A stretch of DNA of 64,000 bases from Octopus vulgaris (taxonomy: Eukaryota): assembly GCA_951406725.2 (NCBI GenBank), contig OX597830.1, forward strand, positions 4,216,001-4,280,000. The letters run 5' to 3'. Position 1 is the stretch's first letter. Every line of letters starts with the position of its first letter. A model generated the notes under the pieces. That model did not search any database. It saw only the letters and a list, made by a program, of their open reading frames with translations, and was not told the origin of the DNA. A program made the translations under genes and the position numbers. Of the stretch, positions 38,701 to 52,062 are shown one piece after another.

Positions 38701-40872
38701 CATGATTAAAAGTGTTGGTGTCAAGAAGGTTAAGAGATAAAATGCAGAGAGAAGCATATTCATAGGCATGTATGTGCACAGACACGCACACACACAAATC
38801 CAGGTTAACAAGTTAAGTTCTTGTAGGTGATCTTATGGTTCTAATTAGAACATTCCTTTACATACAGTCAGCTTTTTAAATACTTTCATTTGGCTATAAG
38901 AAATTACTTTTCAAAATTATTTTGACTCAAATACCATTATCCTGGATTATTCCAAAATAAAATAATCTGATAGTTGCTATATTCAAAGATACCAATTTTG
39001 CCATTACTAATTTATCATTATCATTTTTTGTTTTTTAGATTTATTAGAATTTCCGATAGGAATATCTCATTGAAAAGGAATATTTCTTCTTTTGAAATAG
39101 AATTTTCTAAATTTGTGAAGGCTTTACTTTATCTTCTTAAAGAACAAACATTTCTCCCCATATTTTTAATTATTGATATCTGCAATTTGTCCCTATTTAT
39201 TTCTGCTTTTAATTATGTTTTATTATGTGGACATTTTAATTTTCATTTCTATATGCAGCAAAATTCTCTGGCAACCATATCATATCTCTATTTTAGAATC
39301 AACTCTGCTCATTGTACAGATAGATGCTTTCATGTTTTGGATTATTTTGAAATTAATTACATAGAAACATATATATTCCTGATTAAAATTGGCAGAAAAA
39401 TCTTCTCTACTTCCTGACTTCATTAAACTTATCAAGAAAGCATTACTTCTTTCATTTTTCTTCATTTTGTATTTTTTTTACCCCAAGAGACATAAATCTA
39501 AAATTTCTTACATATGATAAAACATTCCTTGTGAAAGTGTTCTTAAATGAAATAATGATAAATGCTTTAACTTATGTGAAGTAGTGACTTTATTGAGATT
39601 AAAATATTCTTGTCCTGTAATTGTTATTTCTCTGCAAATATGGGCATACAGAGCAGTTGTCCCAGGAGGGGAGACTATGGGTCCAAGGAATCCAATGCTC
39701 TTCACTGTACACTGTGGTTGTGATATGCTTTGCCCTAGGTCCTATAATGCTGCCTGAATATCAGGGGCTAGACCATTCACATTTGATGTGTAGGAATGAT
39801 TATTCATCAATTGATTAAACAGTTAATAAAGCAACGAATGATAAAGAAGTGAAATCAAATCAGTGTGTATGTTTATAATTTCTCTTTTTTCAAATTTTGA
39901 AATTTAGTTTTCGTTTTGTTTCTGGCACATAATTTCATACAGAATGAGGAGATTCAAGAAATTAGTGCAATTAATACACTTTGATTATGATATATTATGA
40001 ATCGCATCAGCATCATCTTCTCCAACACCACCACCATCATCATCATCATCATCATCATCAACACCATCATCATCATTACATCCCCTTTTTCTGTGCTGGC
40101 ATGGATTGGACACTTACAATGTGTGAAAATATGAAGGGATGGTCAAGCTCATTGAGAGCTCACCTCCTTCTAAACAACAGCAACAACAGCATCTATGATT
40201 AAGAGTTGGGGAGTGGGTGAGATTGTGTAGTTTTTGTGTCTTTTCCTGGTTTTCTTGATAAGATTTCCAGGTTTTTACCATTTAAATTCTGTCAGTAGTA
40301 CTTATGGTTTTCATTTTAGCCTCTTCTGTGAATGTAAACCCAAAAAGAGAAGCAAAGATAGTTCCTTGCAGAATAAATAGGTTTGCTGTGAGTGAAAGAA
40401 AAGAATCTCATTTGCTTGTTTGGTGGAGTTTACTGATGGTTCCAAATAAACAGATTAGAAAGAGTCAAAAAAGAGAATGAAACAAGAAATAATGAAGAAT
40501 GATAAAATGAAAAATAAGAAAATGGTGAAGGATAAGAGAGAGGAGTGTATGGCACGAAGTCATTGGACAATAAATCAAAGATGGAAAGATTGTCAACAAG
40601 AATTTTGGTAAATATGAAAAGCAGGAAGGTTAAGACAAAATAAAACAACTAAGGAATAACTATATACACCAAGAAATTTGAGGAAGGGAAGGTGAACTCA
40701 GCCACTCCTATATCTTTCACCATCACTTGCTACAGTCCCCTCTTCTGCATTTCTAAACATCTCTCCTGTCACACTTATGAAACATACCCTTCTATCCCAC
40801 TTATATTATCCCCCACTACCACCACCATCACCACTGTTCTCTGTGATTAGGTCCCAACGCCCTCTATTTCCC

Positions 40873-41071
40873 ATTTCTTTATTGCCCACAAGGGGCTAAA
40901 CATAGAGGGGACAAACAAGGACAGACAAACGGATTAAGTCGATTAGATCGACCTCAGTGCGTAACTGGTACTTAATTCATTGACCCCCGAAAGGATGAAG
41001 GCAAATTGACCTCGGCGGAATTTGAACTCAGAACGTAGCCGCAGACGAAATACCGCTAGGCATTTCGCCAA
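40873..41071 (-). mobile_element. SINE family B, young copy with alternative 3' tail
   Basis: CpG-rich. Minus strand gcgaaatgcctagcggtatttcgtctg..acgttctgagttcaaattccgccgagg (B-box); tail gtcccctctatgtttagccccttgtgggcaataaagaaat. Confidence 0.9.
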
Positions 41072-41239
41072 CACAATCTATTTCTCTCAATATATCTTCT
41101 TCCTCTCCTTGGCCAAGTATGTCCTCTATAGAAAGACATCTATCACTATCCCTCTATTATACTTTAACCTCTTAACTTGTCCAAAGCCACTCCTCCCCTT
41201 TACTATTTCTTCTCGCAGCCAAGAGGGCTTTGTCTTGCA

Positions 41240-41450
41240 AACACTTGGCAACTCCACTGGTGTTGATGCCATGTAATAAGCACTCAGTTCACTCTGTAAA
41301 GCGCTTGGCATAAGGAAGGTCATCCAGCTGTAGAAACCTTGCCAAAACAGACAATTGGGGCCTGATGCAGCTCTCTAGTTTGCAAGCACCTGTCGAACCA
41401 TCCAACCCATGCCAGCATGGAAAATGGATATTAAATGATGATGATGGTGA
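41240..41450 (+). mobile_element. SINE family C
   Basis: ggaagg.catccagctgtagaaac...tccaacccatgccagcatggaaaatggatattaaat(gat)n. Confidence 0.85.
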
Positions 41451-41476
41451 TTTGAAGAAGTTAAAGACAAAAGGAA

Positions 41477-41520
<44 letters not shown>

Positions 41521-42923
41521 CGCTTGCTATGTAATTTTGTGCCAGTGGCATGAAAAAAGCACCCAGTGCACTCCATAAAGTGGTTGGCACAATTTCTTCC
41601 TGCTCTCTACACACTGAGCTTAAATCCTGCCCAGCTCAGCTTTGTCACTTTGTCATTCATCCTTTCAGGTTTGATAAAGTAGTGATTAAATACTGGGATT
41701 AATGTAACCAACTAAACCTGCCTCCCTCTCAAATTTCTGGCCTGGTACCAAAATTTGAAACAATTCTTATTATTGTTTGCAATTCTACAAACCTGTTAAA
41801 AGGAGGGCAGTCAACTAGGAAAACATGAAGTGTTTGTTAATGTTTGTAGTTGAAGGCATTCCTAAAGTAACTGGTTTCTTAATATCCTCTCTAACAATTT
41901 TCACTTAATATCTGCTTCGGTCTCTTTAGTTCCCTATCTTTCACCTAAACATTTTCACTTTTTACACTTTCTTCCTCGCCTCTGTCATCTTAAATATATT
42001 TGAGGAAAGCAAACCAGTTGCTTCTCAGAATTTGATTTGCTCTAAGCTGGTAGGCACCAGTTCTCCAAAGTGTTAATTCTTGCATATCCATACATAACAC
42101 TTGCCTTCCATTTCGGTGACACAGCTTTCTTCATGTTCGGTCTTGTCGTTCTTTTCTCTGTGGCATTCTCAAACTACTTTTACAATGTTGGATTAAAATT
42201 TCCTTCACATTTTATGGAATTAAATGGAAAAACGATATTGTACACATTGAGTAAAACATGGGAAAAAAACACCAAAGGAAAAAATATTTCTTTAATTCTT
42301 GCTGGTTTTAAAAGAAGAGAGGAAAATAAAGCAGCTCTGCCAAAAGTGCCAAGATATAATTAGACAAAAAAAAATGGAGATGATAGATATAAGCAGCAGA
42401 CAATAAAAAATACATTATCACAACATTTTACATCAAAATTGAACTTCCCCCTTCTCCAAGTAAGAAAAATAAATTATAGCTGTCTTCCATTTTTTAAAAA
42501 CTTTTATTTCCAAATATGTTTTATTTTCTTTTATCTCTTTTCCTATGACACGTGCAATAGTTGTGTCATGCAGTGTTTCCATGGATGAAAGACAGAGATC
42601 AAATCACACAAAAGTACAGCTATCATTTCTTATTTTCCCATTAAAATTTCGTTTGTTTATGTCGGGTTTTTTTTTGTTTACTTTCAAATCCTGCATTTGC
42701 ATGCTGATTTATTTTGAGCATTTCTTGCTATCAGCACCACTATCATCCCCATCATTAACATCATTATCTTCTTTTTCTTCATCATCATCATCATCATTAC
42801 CAATTTGAAAGTATAAAGGTTTAAAAGAGAATCAAAGAAGCAAAGTAATGTTTCATCCTTATTTCTAAATGTGTATATTGGTGCATTAAGCAATGTTCTT
42901 TTTACCTTTAATTCTTTTCTTTC

Positions 42924-43000
42924 TGTTGTTGTTGTTGTTGTTGTTGTTCTTCTTCTTCTTCTTCTTCTTCTTCTTCTTCTTCTTCTTCTTCTTCTTCTTC
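42924..43000. repeat. (GTT)n-(CTT)n microsatellite
   Basis: Directly visible. Confidence 0.95.
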
Positions 43001-43711
43001 CAAATATATGTGGATGCTTGTGATTTCATGGTCTCCTGCAGTGCATTCGTTTATATAATAGTCTTAGAGAAGGACAGACTTTGCAAAGCAACTATTAATC
43101 TCGTGTGTCCTTGACTCTAAGCAATCTACACTAAAATGTTCTTTTCAGAAAAATCTTGAATCATTTCCCTCATATAATATATTAAATTGATTTCTCCCAT
43201 TGTTGGTGTTGGATAGAAATCTAGAAAGAACACAAGGGAAAAAAATGTTAAGAAAAAGGGAATATTGGAAGTGAGGTTGAATGAGCATTCACAAAGTAAT
43301 ATTGAACATTCAACTTTTTGTTTTCTATTGATTTCCATACTACATTCAAAATGAAATAATTGATTTTAATTCCTCGTCAAAATGTGTTTGTATTTGTCCA
43401 TGTCAGTATCAATAATATGTGTGTATTTGTATGGAGCTGTATCAGGACTGCTTATAAACGTGTATTCATTTCTGATATTATTTATGTAATTCTAGATTTG
43501 CCAACAGTTAGAGATTGTTTAAATTATCAGAATATAGTATTTGCATCTAAAAGTATTAAAGTTTGAACCAAAAATTTCTTCTTATTTCACAGAGTTCTTA
43601 AACAGTCATTTTTTTCTCAATATGGAAGCACTGTATTGGAAAAACATTTAAACAGGTACTAATAATAATAATTCTAGCCATGCATCCAGAATTTTATGCT
43701 TTCTAAAATCA

Positions 43712-43921
43712 ATTTCAAATTTTGGCACAAGGCCAGTAATTTTAAGGGATAGAACAAGTCAATACCATCACCCCCACAGCTCAACTGTTATTTATTTTAT
43801 TGACTGTGAAAAAATGTAAGGCAGAATCAACCTCAGTAGAATTTGAACTCAGAACACCTATATCGATAAAATGCCACTGAGCCTTTTTCCAGTGTGCTAA
43901 TGATTCTGCCAGCTCACAGCC
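43712..43921 (-). mobile_element. SINE family B with diverged ~18-bp TSD
   Basis: Flanks are ttatgctttctaaaatca and ttatgctttttaatatca. Confidence 0.85.
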
Positions 43922-44009
43922 TTATGCTTTTTAATATCAGTAGTCAGCTGTGTGCACTGGTAAATCTCTCAATCATTGACTCTAAATGCATGGATCAAGG
44001 AATATATTC

Positions 44010-44411
44010 ATTTCTAATCTAGACACAAGGCCTGAAATTTTGGGGAGGAGACCAGTCGATTAGATCAACCTCAGTATGCAACCGGTACCTAATTTGAACT
44101 CAGAGCGTTAAGACAGATGAAGTACCGCTAAGCATTTCACCCATTGTGCTAATGTTTCTGCCAGCTCACCACCATAATATATCTATATATATATATATTC
44201 TTTCTACTCTAGGCACAAGGCTCGAAATTTTGGGGCAGGAGGACAGTTGATTAGATTGACTCCAGTACACAATTAGTACTTAATTTATCGTCCCCGAAAA
44301 GATGAAAAGCAAAGTCGACCTCAGCAGAATTTGAACTCAGAGCGTAAAGACAGATGAAGTACTGCTAAGCATTTCACCTGGTGCACTAATGTTTCTGCCA
44401 GCTCGCTGCTT
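44010..44411 (-). mobile_element. Tandem pair of SINE B copies inside a single 19-bp TSD
   Basis: TGGATCAAGGAATATATTC at 43991-44009 and 44412-44430; copies at 44010-44173 and 44196-44411. Confidence 0.9.
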
Positions 44412-44719
44412 TGGATCAAGGAATATATTCTTCACTTATTTCTCAATAATGCTTCGTTGAGTCAATGCAAGCATTTACAGCTGCAAGTAATAAAGAACTT
44501 CCAACATATTGGCAGTTATATGACTGTGGAGCAATTTCATAATCATTTGGATTGAATAACAAGTAATATTATTGGTAAAATAGTAGACAACATACTCCTG
44601 AGGAAATTCTAATTAATATGAATTATTTAGTCATTATTTGAATTTTTTTCTCTTTTCTTTTTTTTTTTCATTTTGAAGAATAAGTATAAATAATACATTG
44701 ATGCCTGAAGACATCATTA

Positions 44720-44922
44720 GTGTGGTGCCATAATAAAAAAAAACATCCAGTACACAGTGAAATGGTTTGCATTAGGAAGGGTATCCAGCTGCAGAAACCA
44801 TGTCAGAGCAAACACGAGTACAATGCAGTCGTTGCACTCTTTATATCTTGTTAAAATCATCCTACTCATGCCATCATGAAAGATGGACACTAAAAAATGA
44901 AGATGATGATGATGATGATGTT
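44720..44922 (+). mobile_element. SINE family C, diverged
   Basis: attaggaagggtatccagctgcagaaacc...catgccatcatgaaagatggac...(gat)n. Confidence 0.75.
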
Positions 44923-46768
44923 GAAGCAAATAAAAAGAAGCCAATAAATGTTCCACCAACAATTATTTAAGTTAATATAATAACATCAGAGAAATCAATT
45001 ACTTTCATGGAATGACTGCTTATTGCAGAGATTACAGAGTGAGATGGAACTTGTAATTTTAGGTTAGTCTTTGGTGTTTATTTCTTGCATCGGCATCAGT
45101 GGAAACAACAGTTAATGGGCTTACATGCCTTGGCATCACTTGCATTTCGGTCGGTTCACAGAAATGACAAAGTCAGGTTGATTATAATAAGAGTCAGTCT
45201 GGCATAAAGTAGATACAGTTAGGAGAATGGATGGACATCACTTGCATGTATAATGGTAGAACCAAGCTGACAATCATGCAAGCATTTTCGACTGCAATTG
45301 ATCTTCCATATCAGCAAGATGTATAGTGCACTGGAATAGCTTACAACTGACATATTAGAAAGCAGAAATGTTCCCATTTGTAATGAATGATGTAGAGTTC
45401 CACGGTCAATATGAAATGACTAGAATGCATAAAAATTCAAGATGATTTGGCATGCATGTCAGAAGAACTACTTAAATGGAATAAGTTTTATATGGCAAGT
45501 ACATTGAAAACGGAGAAAAGATAAGGTTTAAAAATGCTGCAAAATCTTCTCTGGTAGAGAAAGAATGCAAGAGGCTTTTAATTTTTCTCCCGTTACATTA
45601 ACATGCCTCTCATCTAACTGCTTCTCTTCTTCTACTTTGACTAGTTTTATCAGTCATTGACACTACATCAAAACGAAAACTATTGTGAAGCCAGTAGCAG
45701 CACAGCTACATTATCAACTTTGATAAACTGAAATTACATTCACTTCATGCTTTGTGAGAAGGTAACACGGCAGACAAATTCCCTGTCATCCAAAGCATCA
45801 TTAACATCACGTTTAGGATAACATTCCGTTTCCAAATTGCAGCTCAGTGTTTCCCTTTCCTTTATTATGCAGTATTTAACAATCAAATAGAATTACCTTG
45901 AGCCAAAAAATAAGTTTGTAAAGCAGACGTAAAGTTAATTTTATGTATACTAACTACATTTTGTCGAAGACTAAATTGGATATTTGCTTGACATTTGAAT
46001 TTACAAGATTTAATTAGAATAGTTATCCCTTCCAAAATGTCCCACCTCTAATGATATCATTGGGAATATAGTTTTGTTTCGTAGTATATATGTTGTTTCA
46101 TTTTAACCATACGATAGAGAAACAATTCAAATTAAGCTACCTTTTTACATAATCATACTAATGTTTGATTTACAGTGTGAATTTAGAATAAACATGGTCT
46201 TTCATTGTAGCCTGAATTTAACTTCTTATTTTACACAGCTTTTGAAAAATAAAGCCTGCTTAGAGAATGTAAAGGAAGATGAAAGCTGCTTGTAGAGTTT
46301 TAAAATCTAAGAATAAACAGATAATGCATTTCAAATCTCAATTGCACCTTTTTGGAGTTTTTATTATCTTTCATCTGAAATGGATTTTTTTCCAGATATG
46401 TCTTTTTTTTTAATTATTTTCTCTTTGTGCTTTTGTTTTCTATTCTTTCTTATTTCATTTACATTTGAGTTCTTGACAATTCCAAACAAAACAGAAAAAC
46501 ACATTAAGCAATCTTACCTTAGTCTTCTTCAATAACAACTTTGAAATTCCTTTCTCGTTTTATAATTCTACAAGTCTCTCTCTATTTACATTTCTTTATT
46601 GTATTGTTTAATTTCACTTATTTTTCAAACTCTCATATATTGAATAAGAATCTTGTTAAGAACACTGAATATATAGTGAATCTATGTGTGTGTTCCTATA
46701 AGGCATGCTTAGATCTTTATATGTGAGTAGCAATGTTTCCTGATATATGTGTCTGTGTATGGTAGTTT

Positions 46769-46797
46769 CAAAACAGACTCTATGTAGGAGGGGGTGT

Positions 46798-46837
<40 letters not shown>

Positions 46838-46872
46838 CGCACCCACATGTGTATTGTGAGTGTATGTGTTTG

Positions 46873-46917
<45 letters not shown>

Positions 46918-47150
46918 TAGATGCATCACAGAGCATATATAGGTCTGTGTGTCTTATATATGTGTGGTAGATGCAAAACAGACTATATGTATGAGGGGAT
47001 GTCACTCACATACACGCACACATATATATATATCTACATACATAAATACATACAAACACCCTCACACACGTGTGTATTGTTTGTGTATGCAAATATATAT
47101 ATGGTAGATACATCACAAAGCATATAGGTCTGTGTGTCTTATATATATAT
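46769..47150. repeat. Tandem duplication, ~200-bp unit x2
   Basis: aaaacagact.tatgta.gagggg.tgtcac ... tgcaaatatat..atggtagat.catcaca.agcatat..aggtctgtgtgtcttatatat occurs twice. Confidence 0.85.
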
Positions 47151-47721
47151 ATGTGCATGTGTGTGTGTGTAGTGTAGTATATGTGCGTGCTTGTGTAAGG
47201 AGGATTATTGATTTTTGAGATTATCTTTCCTTTTCATTAGGAGTTAGTCCCAATTGCCACCCAGTGATTATTCTACCATCTCTGAAAACAGAGATGACTT
47301 TTATAAACCAAGAATTCATGTAGTATGGTACTCAATATACACTTATTATTTGTTATTAAAATACATGCTAATGGCCTTTCTGAATTATTTCTCTTTACTC
47401 ATTTTCATTTCATTTTTGCATTATAACTTAACCGAAAAAAATGATGGAGAAATGATGAAGCAAGTGTATTTATATACAACTGAAAACATCTTGTGTTAGG
47501 GTTAGGGTAGTGAAAAGATGGCAGAGTGATCGAGTAGGCAAGATATTAAGTAAGAAAAGTTAAAATACCTCTGGGTGATTTATGTGAAAACTAGGCACAC
47601 ACACACTCTCTCTCTGACATACACTGAAAACCTTCATGAGGCACAGCTTAATTCATTTAATGAAGTCATTTATTATCTGTGAGCTCTCTACAACTAATTG
47701 AAATTCGTTGTGTGTCTGCAT

Positions 47722-47782
<61 letters not shown>

Positions 47783-48183
47783 TACATGCATGCATATACA
47801 TATGCATAAATATATATGTATATATATATGTGTATGTATATGTATGCACAATATCTACCAAACTATGTATCTATCTACATAGTTTTCTCCCTCTTCCCCT
47901 CTCTCTCTGTATACAAACACACACATCCATTCACATATATATATATATATATATTTGTATAGACGCACATAACATATATATTATTGTGTGTATGTATATT
48001 TTGTGTTTGTATGTGTGTGTATAAACATATAAAAATACATGTGTGTGAAGGCTATCTTATCTACCTGACATTTTTAGAGAAACCTATGTGAGACACATGT
48101 ACATATGTATGTGCATCTTCAGTGTGTATGTATATAAATATATATTTATTTGCGTGTGTGTGTGTGTATATATATATATATTG

Positions 48184-48396
48184 ATTTCAAATTTTGGCAC
48201 AAGGCCAGTGGGTTTGGGGAAGAGGCTAAGCTGGTTACATCGACCCCAGTTTTCAACTGGTACTTATTTTATTAACCCTGAAAGGAGGAAAGGTAATGTG
48301 GACCTCGGTAGAATTTGAACTCAGAACACAAAGACAGACGAGATGCTACTAAGCATTCTGTCTGACATGCTAATGATTCTGCCAGCTCACAGCCTT
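48184..48396 (-). mobile_element. SINE family B
   Basis: tttcaaattttggcacaaggccag...caactggtacttatttt...gaatttgaactcagaac...gattctgccagctc. Confidence 0.9.
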
Positions 48397-49854
48397 AATA
48401 TATATATATGTGTGTGTATGTATACACACACACTGATATTGCATATATATTTTTAAACTGGAGTTGATTTATTGTAATTCTGGATGGACCACATAATTCT
48501 TTGTTGCCATCGACCTATAACTGAAACAGATATTCTTTCAAAGCTTCAGGAATTCATGGAAAGTTAAATATTAGATGTAAATTGTTGAGATTTCAAAACA
48601 GAACCATGAAGCATGTAAATTTTAAGCTCTGAGATTCAGCAAAATAATTTGTTTACCTTTTAATAGGGCTTCTGATTTTGTTTCAAGTGAAAATTATGTC
48701 CCAAAGTTATTTTTTTCCCTTAAAGATTAACCACCAAATATATCATGATCCTCGATGTAGTTCCCCAAGGGTTTACCACGGGGTCATCTTGTCTTCAAAA
48801 TAATGCAAATAACATCATTTTATTTTCCTTTTCTCCTCTGATTTATGTGTTTCATTTTCTTTGCGATTATATCTAGCAAAGTTTTTATGATAAATTTCTA
48901 TCTAAAACATAACCTGGGGTTATAGAAGAAGAGACTTACTTAAGGCTGCACAAAGTGGGACCGAATCCCAGACCGCATGGTTGGGAAGTGAATTTTTCAA
49001 CGACATCAGCATGAAGAACTGTCTAGAGGTCAAAATCTTTAGGATAAGAAACAAGAGTTTTGGCTATTAACAAAAGTGTGATATTTCTCTGATTGCTGTC
49101 AAGGATTTCTAAGTAGCTGAGAAAATGTCACACCTCACAGAACAGTAAATGTATGCTGCTAATCTTTTTTATACAAACTATTTTTTTTTTTTTTTTTAGC
49201 CTTTGATGAAACTAGCTCAGATTTCTAATAAATTAACGCTATTGGGACATCAAAACCAATAAATGAAAGATCACGTTATTATTGTTTGGCTACTTTTCTC
49301 TGGCTTGTCTAATAAGTTCCTTTCGTTTTCGATGGTGTAAATGCAAGTGTACATTAACTCGGCAACAGTACATGTTCATGCTTTTGCTCTGTAACCTATT
49401 TCCTTCATTGTATCAAATGAATGATGAGCAGAGGTGAAAGTTTATACAGAAGGAGATTTAAGGCTGTTAAAAGGAAAAACAAAAGGAAAAATAAGACATT
49501 TTGCAAATGATCAACAGAGATGACAGAAAAAAGTGTGAGCAACATCACTCATTCTAACATTTCAGAAAAGTTATTCTCCAAAGTATTGCTTATGATTAGT
49601 CAGGATGCTTTCTTTAATCAATGCAATTCATCAATAATGATATTTTTCTGTTTGTTTCAAGACAGTTTCTATGTTGCTTTGTTAAAACACTGAACTGAAA
49701 TAGCATAAAATTAATACCAATTATCAAAATTACCAATTTCTTGAATGGCTTTCTTTTGTCCAAGAGATTTACTTTTATAATCGAATAGGATTTCTGTGAT
49801 ATTTATTTATTTATTTTCTCATGATTTCCTTGTATTTTTTAATTTATTACTGTT

Positions 49855-50550
49855 GCTGATAGAATCATTAAAGCATCAGACAAAATGCTTAGCAGTCTTT
49901 CATCTTGATCTTCTCATTTTGAGCTCAAATCCTACCAAGGTCAGCTCTATTTTATTGACCCTGAAATGATGAAGTACCTGCCAAGTACTGGGGTCAATGT
50001 AGTCAACTAACCCCTTCCCTTTATTATTATTATTATTATTATCATTATTATCATTATTATTACTATTATTATTATTATTATTATTATTCTTAAGGCAGAA
50101 TTATTTGTGCACCAGACAAAATACTTAGTAGTATTTTGCCCATTGCTATGTTCTGAGGTCAAATTCTGCCAAGGTTCACTTCACCTTTCGTCCTTTCGCA
50201 GTTGATTATTTAAGTACCAGTTGAACACTGAGGTCGATGTAATAGACTAGTCCCTTCCCCCAAAATGACTGCCACTGTGGCAAAATTTTAAGCCATTATT
50301 ATTGTTGTTGTTGTTGTTAGGGTGGAGGATTGATGGAATTGTAAGAGTAGCAGATAAAATGTGTTCTGGTGTTTTTCCTTGCTCTTTACAATTTGCTCTT
50401 GAAATCTTACTGAGATCAACCTTGTGTTTCATCTCCTTCAGGTCAATAGAATAAAGTACAAGTCAATTTCTGGGGTTAATGGTATTGATTAATCCCCTTC
50501 CATCAAAATTTCTGGCCTTGTATCTAAATCAGAAGTTATTATTATTGTTG

Positions 50551-50588
<38 letters not shown>

Positions 50589-50817
50589 GTCATTATTATT
50601 CTGGTTAATTAGCAAGGTGTTAAGAAGGCAGAATCATTAGCAATCCAGGCAAAATACTTCATGGCATTTCACCTGTTTTTACATTCTGAGTTCAAATTCT
50701 GCCAATGTCAACTTTGCCTTTCATCCTTTCATGGGCAAGGTGGTCAGCTAGTCCAAATTTTCTCCCCCCCCACCCCCACCTATAATATTTTAGACCTTGT
50801 GCCTATAGTAGAAAGGG
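49855..50817 (+). mobile_element. Four head-to-tail SINE B copies separated by (ATT)/(GTT)/(CAT) tracts
   Basis: Copies at about 49855-50020, 50091-50295, 50330-50535 and 50625-50817. Confidence 0.8.
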
Positions 50818-51321
50818 TTGTTGTTATTATTATTATCATTACCAGAAATAGGTAAGGGATGGTCCAAGCATCTTCTATTATTTACTTACTCCTTTTATTT
50901 ACTTCTTCCTTTAAACCAGCTGGCTTGTGTATACATTTGTGTTTGGTCTTTGGCTTTAGAAATCAGCCCAAAAAGCCAGGCTACATGCATGCAATGTGGT
51001 TGTCTGATCAATTTAAGCAGGTAATAACTCCAAATAAGAGCTGAACTGGGCTGTCACAACCTGTCTCACTCCTACTGGCATGAATAACCAACATAAAGAT
51101 TACAATGCTACCTTATATCTAGCCAGCTCTTTCTGTCTGTCTATCTGTATGTCTGTCTATGTATTGCATTTATCTGCTTATCAGGTTCACTTTTCTCTCT
51201 TATGATCAGAAACAAACAACTCTGAGTACTAAAAATCAGAGCCTTTCAGTTACAATGTATTAAAGAATATTCTACATTTGTACAAAGCTCTGTATGTATG
51301 TGTGTAGATATATATATATAT

Positions 51322-51640
51322 ATCATCATCATCATCGTTTAACGTCTGTTTTCCATGCTAGCAAGGGTTGGACGGTTCGACTAGGGTCTGGAAAGCCAGG
51401 AGGCTGCACCAGCCATGATCGGTTGGTGCTTTTTACATGCCACTGGCACAGAAGCCAGTCAAGGTGTGGTTGCATTGGCCAAGTTTGGATGGTGCTTTTT
51501 ACGTGCCACCGGCACAGGTATCACAACTACAATTTCAATTTGATATTTATTTTGATGTTGATGCACTTGACTCAGTAGGTCTCCTCAAGCAGAGCAGGTC
51601 ATGTGCCACCACAGAAGCCAGTCAAGGTGGCGCTGGCATC
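51322..51640 (-). mobile_element. SINE family C with modular internal repeats
   Basis: (CAT)n-cgtttaacgtctgttttccatgctagc... plus repeated ggtgctttttac.tgccac.ggcac units. Confidence 0.9.
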
Positions 51641-51651
51641 ATATATATATA

Positions 51652-52062
51652 TACTCTGCTTGCGAAGACCTGTTGGGGCAAGTGAAATCGAAATCGGAAT
51701 AAAAATTGAACCAATCCTATGACTGGCACCCAACAGTTGCCAGGACCGCTGGACTGACTCCTGTGCAGGTGGCAAGTGAAGAAACACCATTTCGACCCTG
51801 TGCTTGAGGAGATCCATTGAGTTAAGTACACTGACATCAAAATCAATGGAAACTGCAGTTGTGATCCCTGAGCCGGTGGCACGTAAAAAGCACCCACTAC
51901 ACTCACGGAGTGGTTGGCGTTAGGAAGAGCATCCAGCTGTAGAAACATTGCCAGATCAGACTGGAGCCTGGTGCAGCCTTCTGGCTTCCCAGATCCCCGG
52001 TCGAACCGTCCAACCCATGCTAGCATGGAGAACGGACGTTAAACGATGATGATGATGATGAT
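51652..52062 (+). mobile_element. SINE family C, inverted relative to 51322-51640
   Basis: gccggtggcacgtaaaaagcacc...gtggttggcgttaggaagagcatccagctgtagaaac...acggacgttaaac(gat)n. Confidence 0.9.

Noticed and set aside
47496-47510. GTTAGGGTTAGGG telomere-like repeat
   Set aside because: Only two units; not significant.
51420-51895. Repeat-spacer pattern resembling a CRISPR array
   Set aside because: Eukaryotic context, only 2-3 degenerate repeats, spacers reused between loci, embedded in a retroposon with a (GAT)n tail, and no cas genes.
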